This document shows positions 12,873 through 26,670 of a stretch of 64,000 nt of DNA, in pieces. The notes under the pieces are model-generated. The model saw nothing but the letters and a program-made list of their open reading frames with translations, had not been told where the DNA came from and did not search any database. Within the stretch, counting starts at the first letter, position 1. Every line of letters begins with the position of its first letter. The translations under genes and the position numbers were made by a program. The stretch is from Squalus acanthias (Eukaryota): the NCBI GenBank assembly GCA_030390025.1, contig CM059440.1, positions 8,866,001 through 8,930,000 of the forward strand. The letters are read 5' to 3'.

Positions 12873-12932
12873 TGCTTATCCATGTTTCTTAGAATGGGTA
12901 AATGCTTATCGATGATTCTTAGAATGGGTAAA
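12873..12932 (+). repeat. 30-bp tandem duplication
   Basis: tgcttatccatgtttcttagaatgggtaaa / tgcttatcgatgattcttagaatgggtaaa (28/30 identical). Confidence 0.9.
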
Positions 12933-14274
12933 TTCCCTCTAACTATTTGAGAACGTGAAGGGATTGAGTTCATGTTTATAGGTTTCTGACAAGTTCCATG
13001 TTTGAGTTGGAATTGTTTGTGCACAACTCTAATTTGCATACCTCTGCATTGTATATAAATGGACTGAATAATAGTTTTATTTTCGTGCTACTTTTTCTGT
13101 ACAATAAGTAAATTTTGTGTGTGCAATAATGGTAGAAGGATGATAAAATTAATATGTACATTTTGACTATAAACCAGTAAACAGCAGTCAGTATTGCCAT
13201 CCTTGCTGGAAGCTGGTTGAGTGAAAATGAGCTACAGTTTATTTGAATATTTTGCTGCACTTCTGTGCACTTGTATTCACACATCCTCTGCATTTGTATA
13301 CACAGCTTTGAACTTTTGATTGCCTCTGAGCAGAAATTCATTCCATGGTACTTAAATCTGATAGGCAAAGTCTTCAAATCTCAGTTGGGTTTTGCTTTTC
13401 TATACTGTGTTTAGCGCAGGTTGCTGAACTTGAGAAACAGAATCTAAGATTTGAGGAATGTACATAGCTACAGGATACTTTTCTAAATTAATTCTTTGTA
13501 ATCAACAACATAATGAGAGCATGGCAGCCACATTCTGGAGAAGGTTGTGGCTGAAATTCCAAGTTGTTATTCCCTCTCTTATGTTGATGTGTCCCTTTCC
13601 ACATTGTCATGTGTCCCTCTACATGTTGATAAGCAATAGTACATTTCTAACTACATCCTGTAGTTTTTGCAGCCTATTAATGCTGTATTTCCCCCCCCCC
13701 CCAAGCTTTTCAGTAATTATTTTTCTCCCTCTCTTGTTATCGACCTCACACCAAGCACCATTCCCTGCTGAGAAGGTGGTTAGGCAATCTGTTCCCAGGC
13801 CTTTGCGGTGACGGTCTTGATTTGACTTCTAGGAGGTATGCAAGGGCCATCCCTGGTGACTCATTCATCATTGAAAAATAAATGGCCTCCTTGTGTGGAA
13901 TCTTCTGACCTCCACTTGAAAGTGTCCTTTTGTGGCTTAGCTGAGATTGGAATTTTGCTTGGTGGCGATTTGTGGGCATTAATCCATGTTGTCCATGGTA
14001 AATACTGAACGTTGGAGAATCAAGCCATTGCGTCGCTGTGCTACCAAGATTTTTTAGCATTAGAATTTGCTGATTTGTGTATACAGTGGTCCAATGATGA
14101 GAGCTGAACCCAACTGAGATTTGGAAAAGAATTTGCTTTCAGACTTGGGTACCAACGGTCAGAGGCAATCAGAAGTTCAAGGCTGTACATAAGAATGGAG
14201 GGTTGCTGTGAATATCAGTACATAAAAGTGGAGATTTTCGATGGAGAATGATTGTGTATATTTATACCTGATTC

Positions 14275-14700
14275 ATTTTATTTTCCTCATGTTTTCTTCC
14301 CTTACCCACTCATACCCTGGAGGTGATGAGTCATTCATAGTGGAGTTTAGTTTCATTGAAGCTAATGGTACTTAGTTTAAGTGACCTGTACAGTGAGTGT
14401 CAGTGGACGATTTAATTTTGAGAACTGTCACAATTGAGCCTGACTGTGTCCTTACATGACATTCCATCACTTGCATTTCCCACAAGATTATTTGATAACC
14501 ATTGGGAGTGGAAACCCTTGTTTGCTCCCCTTCTCCAGTCTGAAATGCTGCAGCTGATTTGTAGCATCTACTACACACATTTTGTCTTGACTACACGGTC
14601 AGCTCCCAAACCACAGATTGAACCTGGGGTGTTCCTTGGCTGTGTGGCTTTGGAGCACATTATGCTGCACTGTGCATTTACCCACAGAGCCATCAAGGAG
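14275..14700 (-). mobile_element. Old AmnSINE2-like SINE
   Basis: Reversed head gattgaacctggggtgttcc...cccacagagccatcaaggag. Confidence 0.5.
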
Positions 14701-17700
14701 CTCTGCAAATGCCACATCTAGAAATAAACATTTATGACTCGTGGAGTACGCTGTAATTTAATTGGTACAGACTGACATCCCTGGAATTAGCCTCTCTGGG
14801 GTCTAGTTTTCTTTTGTGGTTTCTTGGAAGCTGCCAACTCAAAAAAAATGGTGCAACTAAATGGAAAAACAATCATCCTGTGAAACAAAGAGCAAGACTT
14901 GGATCCAGTACCTGACGATGGAACCACATTTTGTGTTGTCTGGAGCACTTTCTGGATCAGAGCTTGAAACCCAGCTCAGCTGCTATGATTAGTGTTCACT
15001 TCAAGGAGGCATATCAAATTCAAGAAAGAGCCTTTGGGAAATAAACACTTATTAAAACTCTGATTCGCATTTGGAACCTTAAACTAGTACTGCAGAAGGT
15101 CATGTAAGCTCCATTAGAACCTATGTGCAATAAACCATAAATTGTCATGGGAAATGGCTTTATTCTACACTCGGGCAAGGTGTATTTGAACCTCTGACAG
15201 CAGAGTCTCTTATAATTCAACCAGTAGGAAGGAACATTTGTCTCCTGCAGCAGTGTTAACAGAATCCTTCCCAACTATGTGAATAGAATAAAGAACTTTC
15301 ATCATAGCTGTCAATCTCTTGTGTGGCTGGAACTCCAATCTCCCTAATCTCTCTCTATTGCTGAGGATGTCCTTTGCTGTGGAATACACTCAGAAATTTA
15401 AGGATCACAATACTCTAGTGTAAGTGGGAGAGGGTATGCTTTCAAAGTGATGAAGCCCTCTTCCCTCAAACACATTTATGTACTGTAATAACAGAATTTC
15501 TTCCTGTCTGGAAGAGAAATTCCCATTTTGCCACTGAAAAGACATTTTATTGAACACCTAGCATCCCATGTGTCTTGGCCAGAAAATACCAGCTCAAATG
15601 ATGTCTGTAGTAAGATCTTTCTATCATTGCATTTAGTGGGTGTTAGCATCCAAAACTGGGGAGGATCATGACACACAGCCAAGCTTTGTATGTGTCTTTT
15701 GGTTGAGAAATCCAACATTGCTGGTCTCTAGTAAGTAGGAAAGAACTTGCATTTTATCATGTCTTCAGGATGTCCCAAAATGCTTTACATTGATGGCTCC
15801 AGAAAGCTGCTTTTTCACTGAGAAAATTGGAAATTACTCCTCTCAAGCGAAGTTCTAATTTTCTTTTCTTCCAAATGGTGATTGTGGAGGAGTACTTTAC
15901 ATCAAAAGTCCTTTTACATGTAATACAACTCCTCTTTGAAATTGGCATATCTTTTATTCTTGCTGCTCCCCTCCCTCCTCTGGACTTCAGTCCTGTATTT
16001 TATTGTCCTTAAATATTTTTTGAGTTTGCTTCATCTGTTCTCCTAATAATTTCAAGAGAATTTCTTTTCTAAAAACTGTATGGATGTAGATAAAGAAGTT
16101 TTATTTTTCTGGGAAATAAGAAAAGGCTCTGCAAGGAGAAACATAAGGTAAATGGATAAGAATGCATACTTAGTTGCAGCATGAATCTGGAAAAATATTT
16201 TTTCAAATGATAATCTCTTGGGGAATATGTTGCAAATGTCAACTTGACATGCACAGTTGATAAGATAATAGAAATTAAACTACAGAGATGTATTTCAATT
16301 TCTGTATAAATAATCAAGTAAATTAAACAGTGTACATTGAAAGTATATCCTACAGTGTAGAAATATTTAAAACCTTCGGTTGTATGGTATATCGGGAAAC
16401 TAAATAGGGGTAAATTTAGAAAATGGTGGGGCAGTGAATTTTTTGAATACATAATCTGACATCCTGTGCCCAAATAAACTCCTGTCTCAGTTTTTCTCCC
16501 CTCCACTTCTCATTCTCCCGTGCAATTTATTTTACTCAATGTAACTTGTAATTTGATACATTCTCACTAAATCATTACTCGGGGTTTCTTCTTGGACACA
16601 GAGTTGTTTTCCTTTCCAACTAACAAACTTTAGACAAAAATGTGTCGTCACAAAATTTCAGTCAAATTTACTTTCAAATGAGCTGTTTTCTCTTGAGTAG
16701 TTTTCTTGCTTGCTGACATTTACTATAACACCGCATGTTCCGAAAACACACACTCACTCGCTTTCTGCTTGTGTGCAAATGCTGTTTTATCACAGAATAT
16801 AAATATCCTTAATGAAACCTTGATATACCGTGGTAACAAAAGATTTAAGTCTTGCCATTAGGCTCAAAGCTTTAATGTCTACAAATTATGGGTTGTGAAG
16901 GCATAATTCAGGATCTTTATTACTTCAGCGCTCAATATTAATTGGTGTAACCAATTATTAAATGATTTGAGAGAAATTTTATGGATTAAATTGGGGAAAA
17001 AAACCTTAAATGGGACAGCACAAGAAACAAGTTGGCTATTGGGTTTTGCAGTTTCAGACCTGATCACCTGCACCAAATAAAGGTGGACAACAGCCTTGCC
17101 TACAAGGCTTATGTAAATACCTCCCTTCCTATACAATAGGATATGGCTTCACTTTTTTTTCTCACCAGGTTTACCCTCTATATTGATTTTTCTCTTGCTG
17201 GCATTGGCATCTTGCCTAAGTGAGCATCCCACGACTGCAGTGCAGTGTATAGTAGAGTATATTCATTTTTAGAGGCTAATGTATCAATAAGGCTTAAATA
17301 TGCTATTTAATGATTAGCATTCATCAACATATTGTCCAGGTACTTATACAAACCTCATGTATCCTGAGGGACATTGTTATTATATTCCATATTTTCATAA
17401 CATTACCCCCCCCCCCCCCCCCCCCCCCCCCCAAAAAAAACCGGAAGTATTGATCTGGGCTGAAAAGAAATTTAAATTCCACTATTAAATGGATAATTAT
17501 GAATGGTTTGTGATCCAGTAATTGATTTATCATCCCCTATTGCTCAAAACTGTCATCTGATTAATAATTTAGATCGGCTCTCCTTGGAAGGCAAGGTGGT
17601 TCTTTTAAAGATATTTTTCAAACTAAACTACATAGCATTGTTCATTTTAATGCGTACAAACCACAATTTTGAAGAATGTTATGTCCGTGAAAACGCAGAA

Positions 17701-18809
17701 TAATTCAGATACAATGAAGGATGAAGAGAAATGACAGCAGAACAGCACTCCTCATCTCAAGCACAGCAAGTCTCAATTTGTCAACCCAAATGGACAACCT
17801 CTTCCCTTATATTTCATATTGGGTCCTGTCTGACAGCAACTCACACAAGGTCAAGGGGATATAGGCAGCCATTGTCTGAAGATTGAATGGCTCTGTGGCA
17901 ATTACTGTGATGAACAGTTATTATTTTTATACAATATATTAGATTATTGGTTATTAATTTGAAGACCAAAGCCTAGAAATTACTTTTGAAAATATTAGCA
18001 GCTGAACACTTAACATATTTGTATGGCATTTTTTTGCCCTATATTTTAATGGAGTTTGAAATGGATGGATTATGTAATTAAAAAAAAATCTTCTCCAAAG
18101 TGCTGGAAAATGGACCAAACAAAGTGACAAAAATCAAAATTTTCAGAGGGAGTAGCCCCAGACTTCACACCCTCTTAGAAAATAAAGCCCATACATGATG
18201 TACAGTGTACTTCTACAATTTCCACTACATTACTTGTCATCCCCCTAGCTCCAGGATGCTGGTGCCAATTTTAGCGGTCCTATTACCACCCCAACTGAAG
18301 TTAATTTGGGATAGATCAGGGAATCGAATCTAGGACCTTGTCGTCTGTATCGCTCAGTTCTGTATTGGGCAGTGTATTAACTAATTGAGTCAGTGGAGCG
18401 TTTTAGTTTAAGACATTGGATAAACTGGATTTAATTCTTAAAGTAATAATGCAGAGTATCCAGATGTTGTCTGAAAATGAATTACTTTGAAGCACAGTGT
18501 CCATTATGTAAGCAATTATCAGATCTCCGGTTCCCCAAAAATCTGCAAGCATGGTCCATCTGAGAGCTTTCTATAATTTTATTGCGGACCATCCTAGAGT
18601 GAAATGTGTGGTGTTACCATATTTTATTAGATAAGCCTAGTCTGTTCTTTTTCAACATGGAGACTTTATTCAAAGGCTCTATCCACTTTCTTTAGAAACC
18701 ACTGAGTTTTCTGTCCTTCCAATGGGATGGCAATTTTTGATGTTAAAAAAAAAAATTCTAAAATGTGTTTTCTTATTATATTTATCAGTACAATGGTAAA
18801 ACTGTCGTC

Positions 18810-19830
18810 GCTTGGTCCCACTCTTAGCTATCCAATAGTAGCTGGAGCAACTCCAGCAATGGCTTTTCTTCCCATCGCCGCACCATTACCTCTGTAATCC
18901 CCCAAGGCTCTACCTATGGCCCTTCCTCTTCCTCATCTACATGCTGCCTTTTGGCTCCATCATCCGAAGACATGGGGCCAGCTTTCATGTTTACGCTACT
19001 TCTCCCTCTCCACCACCTCTCTTGCCCGCTCCATTTCCTCTGTGTTGTCAGACTGCTTAGCCGACATCCAGTCTTGGCTGAGCTGCAGTTTCCTTCTGTT
19101 AAACACTGGGAAGCCCAAATCCACCGTCTTCGGCCCTGCCATAAATTCCATACCCTTGCCACCGATTCCGTCCCCTTGCCGTGATTCCTCCTTCCCAGAC
19201 ACGTGCAGTTTGAACTGGACACTCGCAAGTTGGCATCCTATTCGACCTCTAGCTGACCTTCCAACCCCATATCCTCCCCATAGCAAAGATAGCCCACTTC
19301 TATCTCTGTAACGTCACCGGCCTCCACCCCTGCCTCAGCCCATGTGCCACTGAAACTTTCATCTATTTCTTTGTCACCTCCAGACTGGACTATTCCAATG
19401 CTCTCCTGGCTGGCCTCCCATCCTCCATACTTTGTAAACACAGCTCATCCAAAATTCGACTGCCCATATCATATCCCACACCAAGTTCCACTAATTTTGT
19501 TGCTAACCTACATCGGCTCCCCATCCCCTAACGTTTGCAATTTAAAATTCTCATTCTTGTGTTTAGATCCCTTCATTGCTTTGCCCATCCCTATCTCTGT
19601 TAACTCCTCGAGCTTTACAAATCCCCCCCCCCCCCCCCCCAAAACTCTCTGTTCTTCCATCTCTGGCTTTTTGTACACCCCCCCCCCCCCCCCCCCCTTC
19701 ACCCCTTCACCCCACCATTAGAGGCCCTGCTTTCAGCCACCTAGGACCCACACTCTGAAATTCTCTCCCTAATTCCCCCTGCCTCTCCCAACTTCCTTTC
19801 TTTTTTTTAAAGACTGTTTTAAAAATCCAA
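18810..19830 (+). mobile_element. Degraded L2 LINE (RT region to C-terminus)
   Basis: Fragments PQGSTYGPSSSSSTC, LSDCLADIQSWLSCSFLLLNTGK, SRLDYSN-like segment; many frameshifts. Confidence 0.85.
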
Positions 19831-20273
19831 ATCTTGTCATAAATGTTGAAGTTTAAAGAACTGTATCTCATGTTTAATCTGTAAAACACAATATAGCAAT
19901 ATCTCATGGACATAAATTAACCAGATTACATTTGGTGTTGGTCATAGAACTTTGTCCACTTGAAATAAGGACCTTTCATAAGTGAGTACTATTATAGAAA
20001 CATTATTGTTATCGAGAACTTGAGCACGAATTGGAGGGAGAGAGAGAGAGAGACCAATCAACTAAGTTACAAAGGTTTCCGTGATCCCCATGGTAATGTG
20101 GAAAATGGAAAGGGTCAGAATACTGGATGTTCATTCCACCATGTGAGCCTCAAGAAGTGAAAGTGCTCCATTAAGATGATAGGGGCTTATTTGTTTGCCA
20201 ATTTATCTGCATTATATTAAAAAACTTGTGTCTGCATACACTTCATGTCAAGGTTTTCCATCAGAAATCCCTA

Positions 20274-20939
20274 TGTCCACATTTATAATAGAAACTGGCT
20301 GTGTAAACTTATCATGGATGTGTTGCAGCACCACCAGTGGTGGGAGCGTGTAATTACAGTGTGACATTTTTACATAGGTAGTTTCCATTGGAAATGAGGA
20401 CATTTGAATTTATAATGGATCTGCAAAAATAAGGACAAAATGTATGATTTTAAAATGGGGACTGAATTATCTTTGCTTCCTGATCCAAATCTTTGCACTC
20501 TGGTATATCCTCTGTCCTCTAATCTCACTTGGTCTTGACTCCCTGAGCAACATCATGGGAGATTGTCTGATATATTAAAATTTGAAAGACTGTATGCACT
20601 TCCTGTTCGTTTTTCGATTATAAATTCCTTTGTCCACATTTGTAATGGAAACTGCCTATGTAAATGTCATGCTGAATTATATCCTCCTGCCAGTGGTGGT
20701 GCTGCAGCACTTCAGTTTTTGCCTCTTGTTCCTCAGCATGTACTGCATAGAAATTCTTATGCTCCAACCAACTCTGTTTCTCATGCTTCCCAAATTGCCA
20801 TAAATTTTGCTATTTAACTACAAATAATTATGTAAAAGTAAGGACATAAATGGGGACTGAATTACATTGAAGTTCCCTGGTCCAATTATCCCCAGACTCC
20901 AATTCCACTACACCTGAAGACCACACTTGGTCTTGACTC
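20274..20939. repeat. Composite inverted/direct repeat (old hairpin MITE-like)
   Basis: Arms 20320-20416 and 20617-20710 are inverse; partial third arm at 20274-20308; direct repeats at 20453/20848 and 20526/20924. Confidence 0.75.
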
Positions 20940-21040
20940 TCTGTGTGTAATGCCACGTGAAATTGACTGAGTATTATTAATTTTTCTGTTTGTCGAGGTG
21001 AATAAACATTGCCGCATAAAACATTAAAAAAAAAAAATTT

Positions 21041-21056
21041 AGACACCTAGTGGCAG
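21041..21056 (-). promoter_or_regulatory. Candidate CTCF site
   Basis: agacacctagtggcag; reverse complement ctgccactaggtgtct matches the core CCACTAGGTG. Confidence 0.5.
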
Positions 21057-24000
21057 CATTGAGCGCCAACTAGATAGGCATACTATTGGTGAGATGCTGA
21101 GTAAAGCATTCTTCGCTCTGTCCCAACAATATATCTTGGCTTTAACAGCAAGGTGAATTTTTCAGCTTATTTCGGTGGTTTATCTGGGCACGCCTACAAA
21201 TTTGTGTTTTTGACCTGTGTTCATTTGACTTGAGCTTTTTTTGTGTAGGAAATACATTTTTAAAGTTATAAATTTGACCTTTCCGCATCTGGTTATGTGA
21301 ATGATCTACTTTCTGTTGACACATATCAGAAGTCTTTTGTCCAATGCAGACAGCTCATGCTCAAATTTCTGGTTGAATAGACATGAACAGCATTGTTCAC
21401 CCCGTTGCTTTATGGTCACAGTGCTGCCTTGCTGTGTTCTTAATGGTGCATGTATTTTGAAGAGATCGCCTATTAAGCCTGTTTCCCATGAATAATTGTC
21501 GCTTCTCAATTTGGCTTGGGCGCAAGGTGAATGATGAAATCAACAAACCTTGTTCAACAATGGATGTTGCACTGGAGCCCATTCTGAGAGCATCTCTGAA
21601 GAATATTATGTGATTTGATATTTTAAAAATGGAAATAAAGGCACTACTGTGATTTAATCACATTACTAATGCTGTTTGATATTAAACTACAGTACACTGA
21701 TTGTGTTCTTGAGAAGCAGTTTTTTGTAATAATACAGCAGCTTGAGTCCCATGATGAAGAATTACATGGAAATTCCTCAGGGAGAAGATTGCATCAGAGT
21801 GATATCAAAACCATGAATCATTTATATCGATCTGCAGCTTAAGTAATGCTTGCATTTTTAGTTGAGGAGGATTGCATTTCATAACACTTCTTTAAACAAA
21901 AATCAATATTGAGTGTTTATTAGTAAAATAGTATCAATATTTTTCTTGCTGCTAAAATAAGATAAACATCTGTTACAGTGGTAGAAAGCAATTTATCATG
22001 GGTATAGGTGACCATATCGAAGATTTATTTTAAAGATTTTTTTCCCTTTCCACACTTTCTGCCCTTCCACACACACACCAATAGTATTTGAATATAAAGA
22101 AAGAAGAGGATATTATCTCAAAATGAATACACAGTATGGTTGAATATGATAAATTATAATAGCCGTGAGGAATATAGCTGGTTGTTTGTTTAAGCATTAA
22201 AATTTTATGCGCAAATTTTTCACCTTTCAGCCCTTCATTGTTGCTGGTCCTTATTAAAAGAATAGTGTTTATTTTGCCCAGCCGGAAGTGAATATTTTTA
22301 GTGTTTTTTTGTTCCAGGGTATTTAAGGAATAATATTCTGCTCTTTGGTGGTGTGGGAGATATTTTAAACAGTGATTATAACTGTTACGTGAATGGATAA
22401 AATAGTATTTTAAGGAATCAAGTTTTGTTTTAACATTCCACTCTTTTGAAAGATTGTTTTTTTTAAATTTTCTGTGTTCGTAGAAGAATATAATTCTAAT
22501 CACTCTCTGTGGCAATTTCCATAGTGTACACACAAGTCATTCTAGCTGTTTGAAAGTTGAATCTAAAAATCTTTCTATAATCTTTGTTGTAAGTTTTCTG
22601 AAACAATTTATGCCTTCCAATTGTTCAACTATAAATAAGGAGTCATTACAGTGCACTGGTCTCACTGAAAGGTTCAGATAGCGAGATTAAGACTGGAATG
22701 GTTCTTGATTGTCATATAAACACACAGATGCTGTTCCTGCACTTGCTTCTTTCCTGTATGTTATTTTGTGTTTGCTGGTACAGGTGTCACAGTGGATATT
22801 GGTTAGGACAATTGATATAGTTGGTGAACAGGCTTATGGAAGGATTTATGATTGTGATATACTTACAACAAAGTTAATACATTATTTATTGCATAGAGGT
22901 GAATACCTCCAGCTAGTAATATACATTATTGTTCTATATGAAATACATAGATGTGGCAATTGTTTTATAGCAGCAATTTTATAATATAAGCAAATCTCAT
23001 AAGGTAGTCATTGCAAAGGGAAATCATCATATTTAGTATGTTACTGATTAAGTGGATGTCCTATTAACACATTTAGGCTTCATTTAAATATGAATGACTT
23101 ATTTTGGTTCTAGAAATCATCGTACACAATAGCCTTATTGATTTTTATTTCTATATTATAAAGACTTTTTTTATCATGTGGTATGATAAATGCAGGAGTC
23201 TTATGTACATGCCAAAAAACCTTGCTGCCATTAAAATGCTAGTGTTCGTTCACTTTACAAGGGCTGTTCACTGTCTAGTACAGCATGAGAGTCCTACATT
23301 TATCACTTAAATAACTTCTCATTACATGGTCCAGTCTGTTTTGCGATTTGCCCTTGAAAACGTCCGATAACAGTTGCATAAATAAGTAGTTAAATATATT
23401 TCCTCCAGATAAACACCCACCTGATCCTAGCGTATAATTCCAGTGTCCAAGCTGGTGATCATTCTTTTGCAGCTAATTTTGAATCAAAGCATAACTTATT
23501 TTTAAAATCTTGACAAAATAAACCTACAGAGACCATTCTGAAAGTCTGATCACTTGCATAGAATGTGTATTTCTTTTCATTTACACTCGTCGCAGCCCAT
23601 TTGTTAATTTAAACAATTCAAAGATTTCTAAATGGTTATTTTTATCTGTACTTTATAGAAATGCATAATGCTAATTGGCAGTTGTGTATTTAATAATCAA
23701 GATTCTATTGTACATTTGGGATATCTGGTAATAACTGATAGATTCCCATTTTAGTCAGGGTTGGCATGGCTGTCTAACAGCAAAACATCTTTGAGAACTT
23801 GGAATATATTACGTGCATTTTCAAGATAAAACCCAAGGTACTACACTGAATTATAAGCATTTACTTCAGCTATGTACTTAAATATAATGAAAAGTGTAGG
23901 GGCAGGGGAAGAATATAGTTATAATAAACCATTACTTGAGCCAACATTTGCTCAATACATTTTGCCATGTCTTCATAAAAAGATTTCTGTACACTGATCA

Positions 24001-24849
24001 GCTTGATCCTGGCATTAAGAAAACATTTGAGTAATTGGCTGTGACAGATGCCCAAAGATCTCTCTTGAGTGCAGTCTTTGACGGTTACAGAAGGTGTACA
24101 TATAGCGCAGTCCTAGCAGTAGTAACTCCCTTGGGTAATTGGCTTTGATGGATACTGGTTGCTGCATTAATACTGATCTGCGAGCTTGCGTGAGCTGAAT
24201 AATGCCATCTAATGCCTTGAGGATTCTTCAGCTATCAATACATTTTGAGCTTGCAGTGGTTTATTTCCTTTTTCTTCCCAGCTGCAGATTGTTTTTTGTG
24301 TGTGTGTATGTATTTTTTTGTGTGTGTGTGTGGTTTCAACCCCCCTCTATACTAGCTATGCCTTTATTGTTAGATTAATTGACGCATCTTGTGTTGTTTG
24401 TGACATTGAGAGAGAAAAAAAGAGATTGTGGCAGACATCACACCCAAGCCTAACCTTGCCCTCAGCTAGTATCTACAGAAATGCAGTTCCGGAAGGAATA
24501 ACTCGATAGCGATCTGGAGCGGGAAGCCTGGCTGATTTTTTTTCTCTCTCTCTCTCTCCCTAGCTCAAGGGTGCTGAGTCCAATTTTGGCTTTCCTATCA
24601 CCATCCTGGCAGAGATCAGTTAACAACACAAACCAGTGATTGAACCAAGAATTTTCATGATCTATAAGGCACAGTTCCAAACTGGGTACCAACTGAAATT
24701 TGGAATGATTGAATGCATACTTAAAAATCGCAAGCTACTGGTAAATTAAATGTTGTTTGGTAATGTAGAGCAAATGCTGGGATGGGATTTTTTTTCTTTG
24801 GGTGGGATTTCTCTCCAGGATATCCTCCCTACTTTCCTTCCGGCGCCTT

Positions 24850-25770
24850 TTTACTGAGAGGCTCGTCATCCTCAGTGATTTCAAGCTCTGTCTCTGCTCT
24901 CCTTGTCCTCTCCTCTGAATTCAGTGTTTTCCTGTCCTCTCTAAACTTCTCCCTCCATATAAACTCTCCTACCCGTATTCATCCCAACCTCCTCAATGTT
25001 GCCATCTTACGTGGCCTGTCCACCCCCCCGTGGCCTCGATTACCGATGAGGCCATTTCCGACCACTTCCTTGTATCCCTCACCACCCACATCCCCCTAAC
25101 CCCTTTCAAACTTCCTGCGTTCACCTCTGGGGGGGGGGAAAAAACTCTCACCAGCAAAACCTTTACTCTTCCCTCATCCTGGTCGTTCCCCATATGACCC
25201 CCATCTTTGTTTCCTCAAGTCCAAGAAGAGCAGACTTGAGCATATCTGGTGCACAACTGGTTTAGCCATCTATCACCAGCTCTGGCTGGACCACATCAAA
25301 CACTTTTGGGCCTTGCTTTCCTCTGCCAAAGCCACCCACTACTTCAGGATAATCTTGAAGAGTAAAGATAAATCCTGGCGTTTTACCACCACCAAACATC
25401 TCATAAACCCGTTTCCCTGCCCCCTCTCTCCTCACCTCGTAACAAGTGTGAGGAGCTCATAGACTTCTTTGTCACTAAGTCTGTTCTGCTGCTTCACCCA
25501 CTTCCCCTTGCCTGTCAAGACAAACCTTCCCCCAGGCTCCCATGCCTTGGTCATGAATCCATGCAGTTCCTGATTTGAATCTCAACATTCAGATTTTTCC
25601 CACTGCGACTGCCACAGCACTGAAATGGCCTTAATCAAAGTCACAAATGATATCCTCTGACATGGTTAGCCACACCGTCCTCTTCCAACGCTCTCCTCCG
25701 TTATCCAGCTCGGTCGGACTGCCACCTGTTGGTTCGAATTTTAGTATCCGATCATAGACAAAGCATTTCA
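24850..25770 (+). mobile_element. Degraded L2 internal fragment
   Basis: C-rich L2-like sequence; ccacagcactgaaatggccttaatcaaagtcacaaatgatatc encodes HSTEMALIKVTNDI (RT motif). Confidence 0.8.
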
Positions 25771-25774
25771 AGAG

Positions 25775-26450
25775 CAACAACTACAACTTGTATTTTATAC
25801 AGCGCCTTTAACGTAGTAAAACGTCGCAAGTCGCTTCACAGGGGCGTAATCAAACAAAATTTGACACCGAGCCACATAAAGAGATGTTCGGACAGGTCAC
25901 TAAAAGCTTGGTGAAAGAGAGAGGTTTTAAGGAGCGTCTTAAAGGAGGAAAGAGAGGCGGAGAGATTTAGGGAGAGAATTTCAGAGCTTAGGGCCTCGGC
26001 ATCTGAAGGCGCAGCTGTCAAGGTGAAGTGATGAATCAGGGATGTGCAAGTGGCCAGAATTGGAGGAGCACAGAGATCTTGGAGGGTTGTAGGGCTGGAG
26101 GAGGTTACAAAGATAGGGAGGGGCGACACCATGGAGGGATTTGAAAACATGGATGAGAAATTTTAAATCGAGACATTGCCGGTCTGGGAGTCAATGTCAG
26201 CAAGCACGGGGTGATGGCTGAATGGGGCTTGGTGCAAGTTAGGATACGGGCAGCAGAGTTTTGGATGAGCTCAAGTTTACGGAGGATGAAAAGTTGGAGG
26301 CCGGCCAGGTGAGCCTTGAAATAGTTGAGTCTAGATTTAACAAAGGCATGGATGAGGGTTTCGGCAGCAAATGAGCTGAAGCAGGGTGGAGACGGGCAAT
26401 GCTATGGAGGTGGAAGTAGGAGGTCTTGGTGATGGAGAGGATAGAATAAC
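25775..26450 (-). mobile_element. L2 LINE 3' fragment
   Basis: Minus-strand peptides ITKTSYFHLHSIARL and LSSFKTLLKTSLFHQAF; reversed tail at 25775. Confidence 0.92.
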
Positions 26451-26499
26451 TGCAGATGCTAAAAAAAAACAAATCCGTGTCACGTGCTATATGCTAGCA

Positions 26500-26670
26500 C
26501 CTTTTGTGCTACAGCGTTTTTAAATGCACATGCACATACACTTGGTAACAATCAGGATAGAGAACCCTGCCCACATCTCCCCTCCCTGACCTGGTGTGCT
26601 GAGGCCAATGTTATTGCCCCTATTGTTATGCAAGACAGACTGGGAATTGAACCTGGAACCTATCTGGCCG
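26500..26670 (-). mobile_element. Old SINE fragment (AmnSINE2-like)
   Basis: gggaattgaacctggaacc reversed B box; tgcacatgcacatacactt body. Confidence 0.4.

Noticed and set aside
17300-18270. Possible decayed hAT element (aaaattttcagagggagtagccccagac motif)
   Set aside because: No TIR pair or TSD could be defined
21528-21600. Possible C/D box snoRNA (atgatga ... ctga)
   Set aside because: No terminal stem or recognisable guide; such boxes are common by chance
24850-26450. Opposed L2 pieces as one twin-primed inverted insertion
   Set aside because: The tail is internal and the two pieces differ in divergence; independent insertions are more likely
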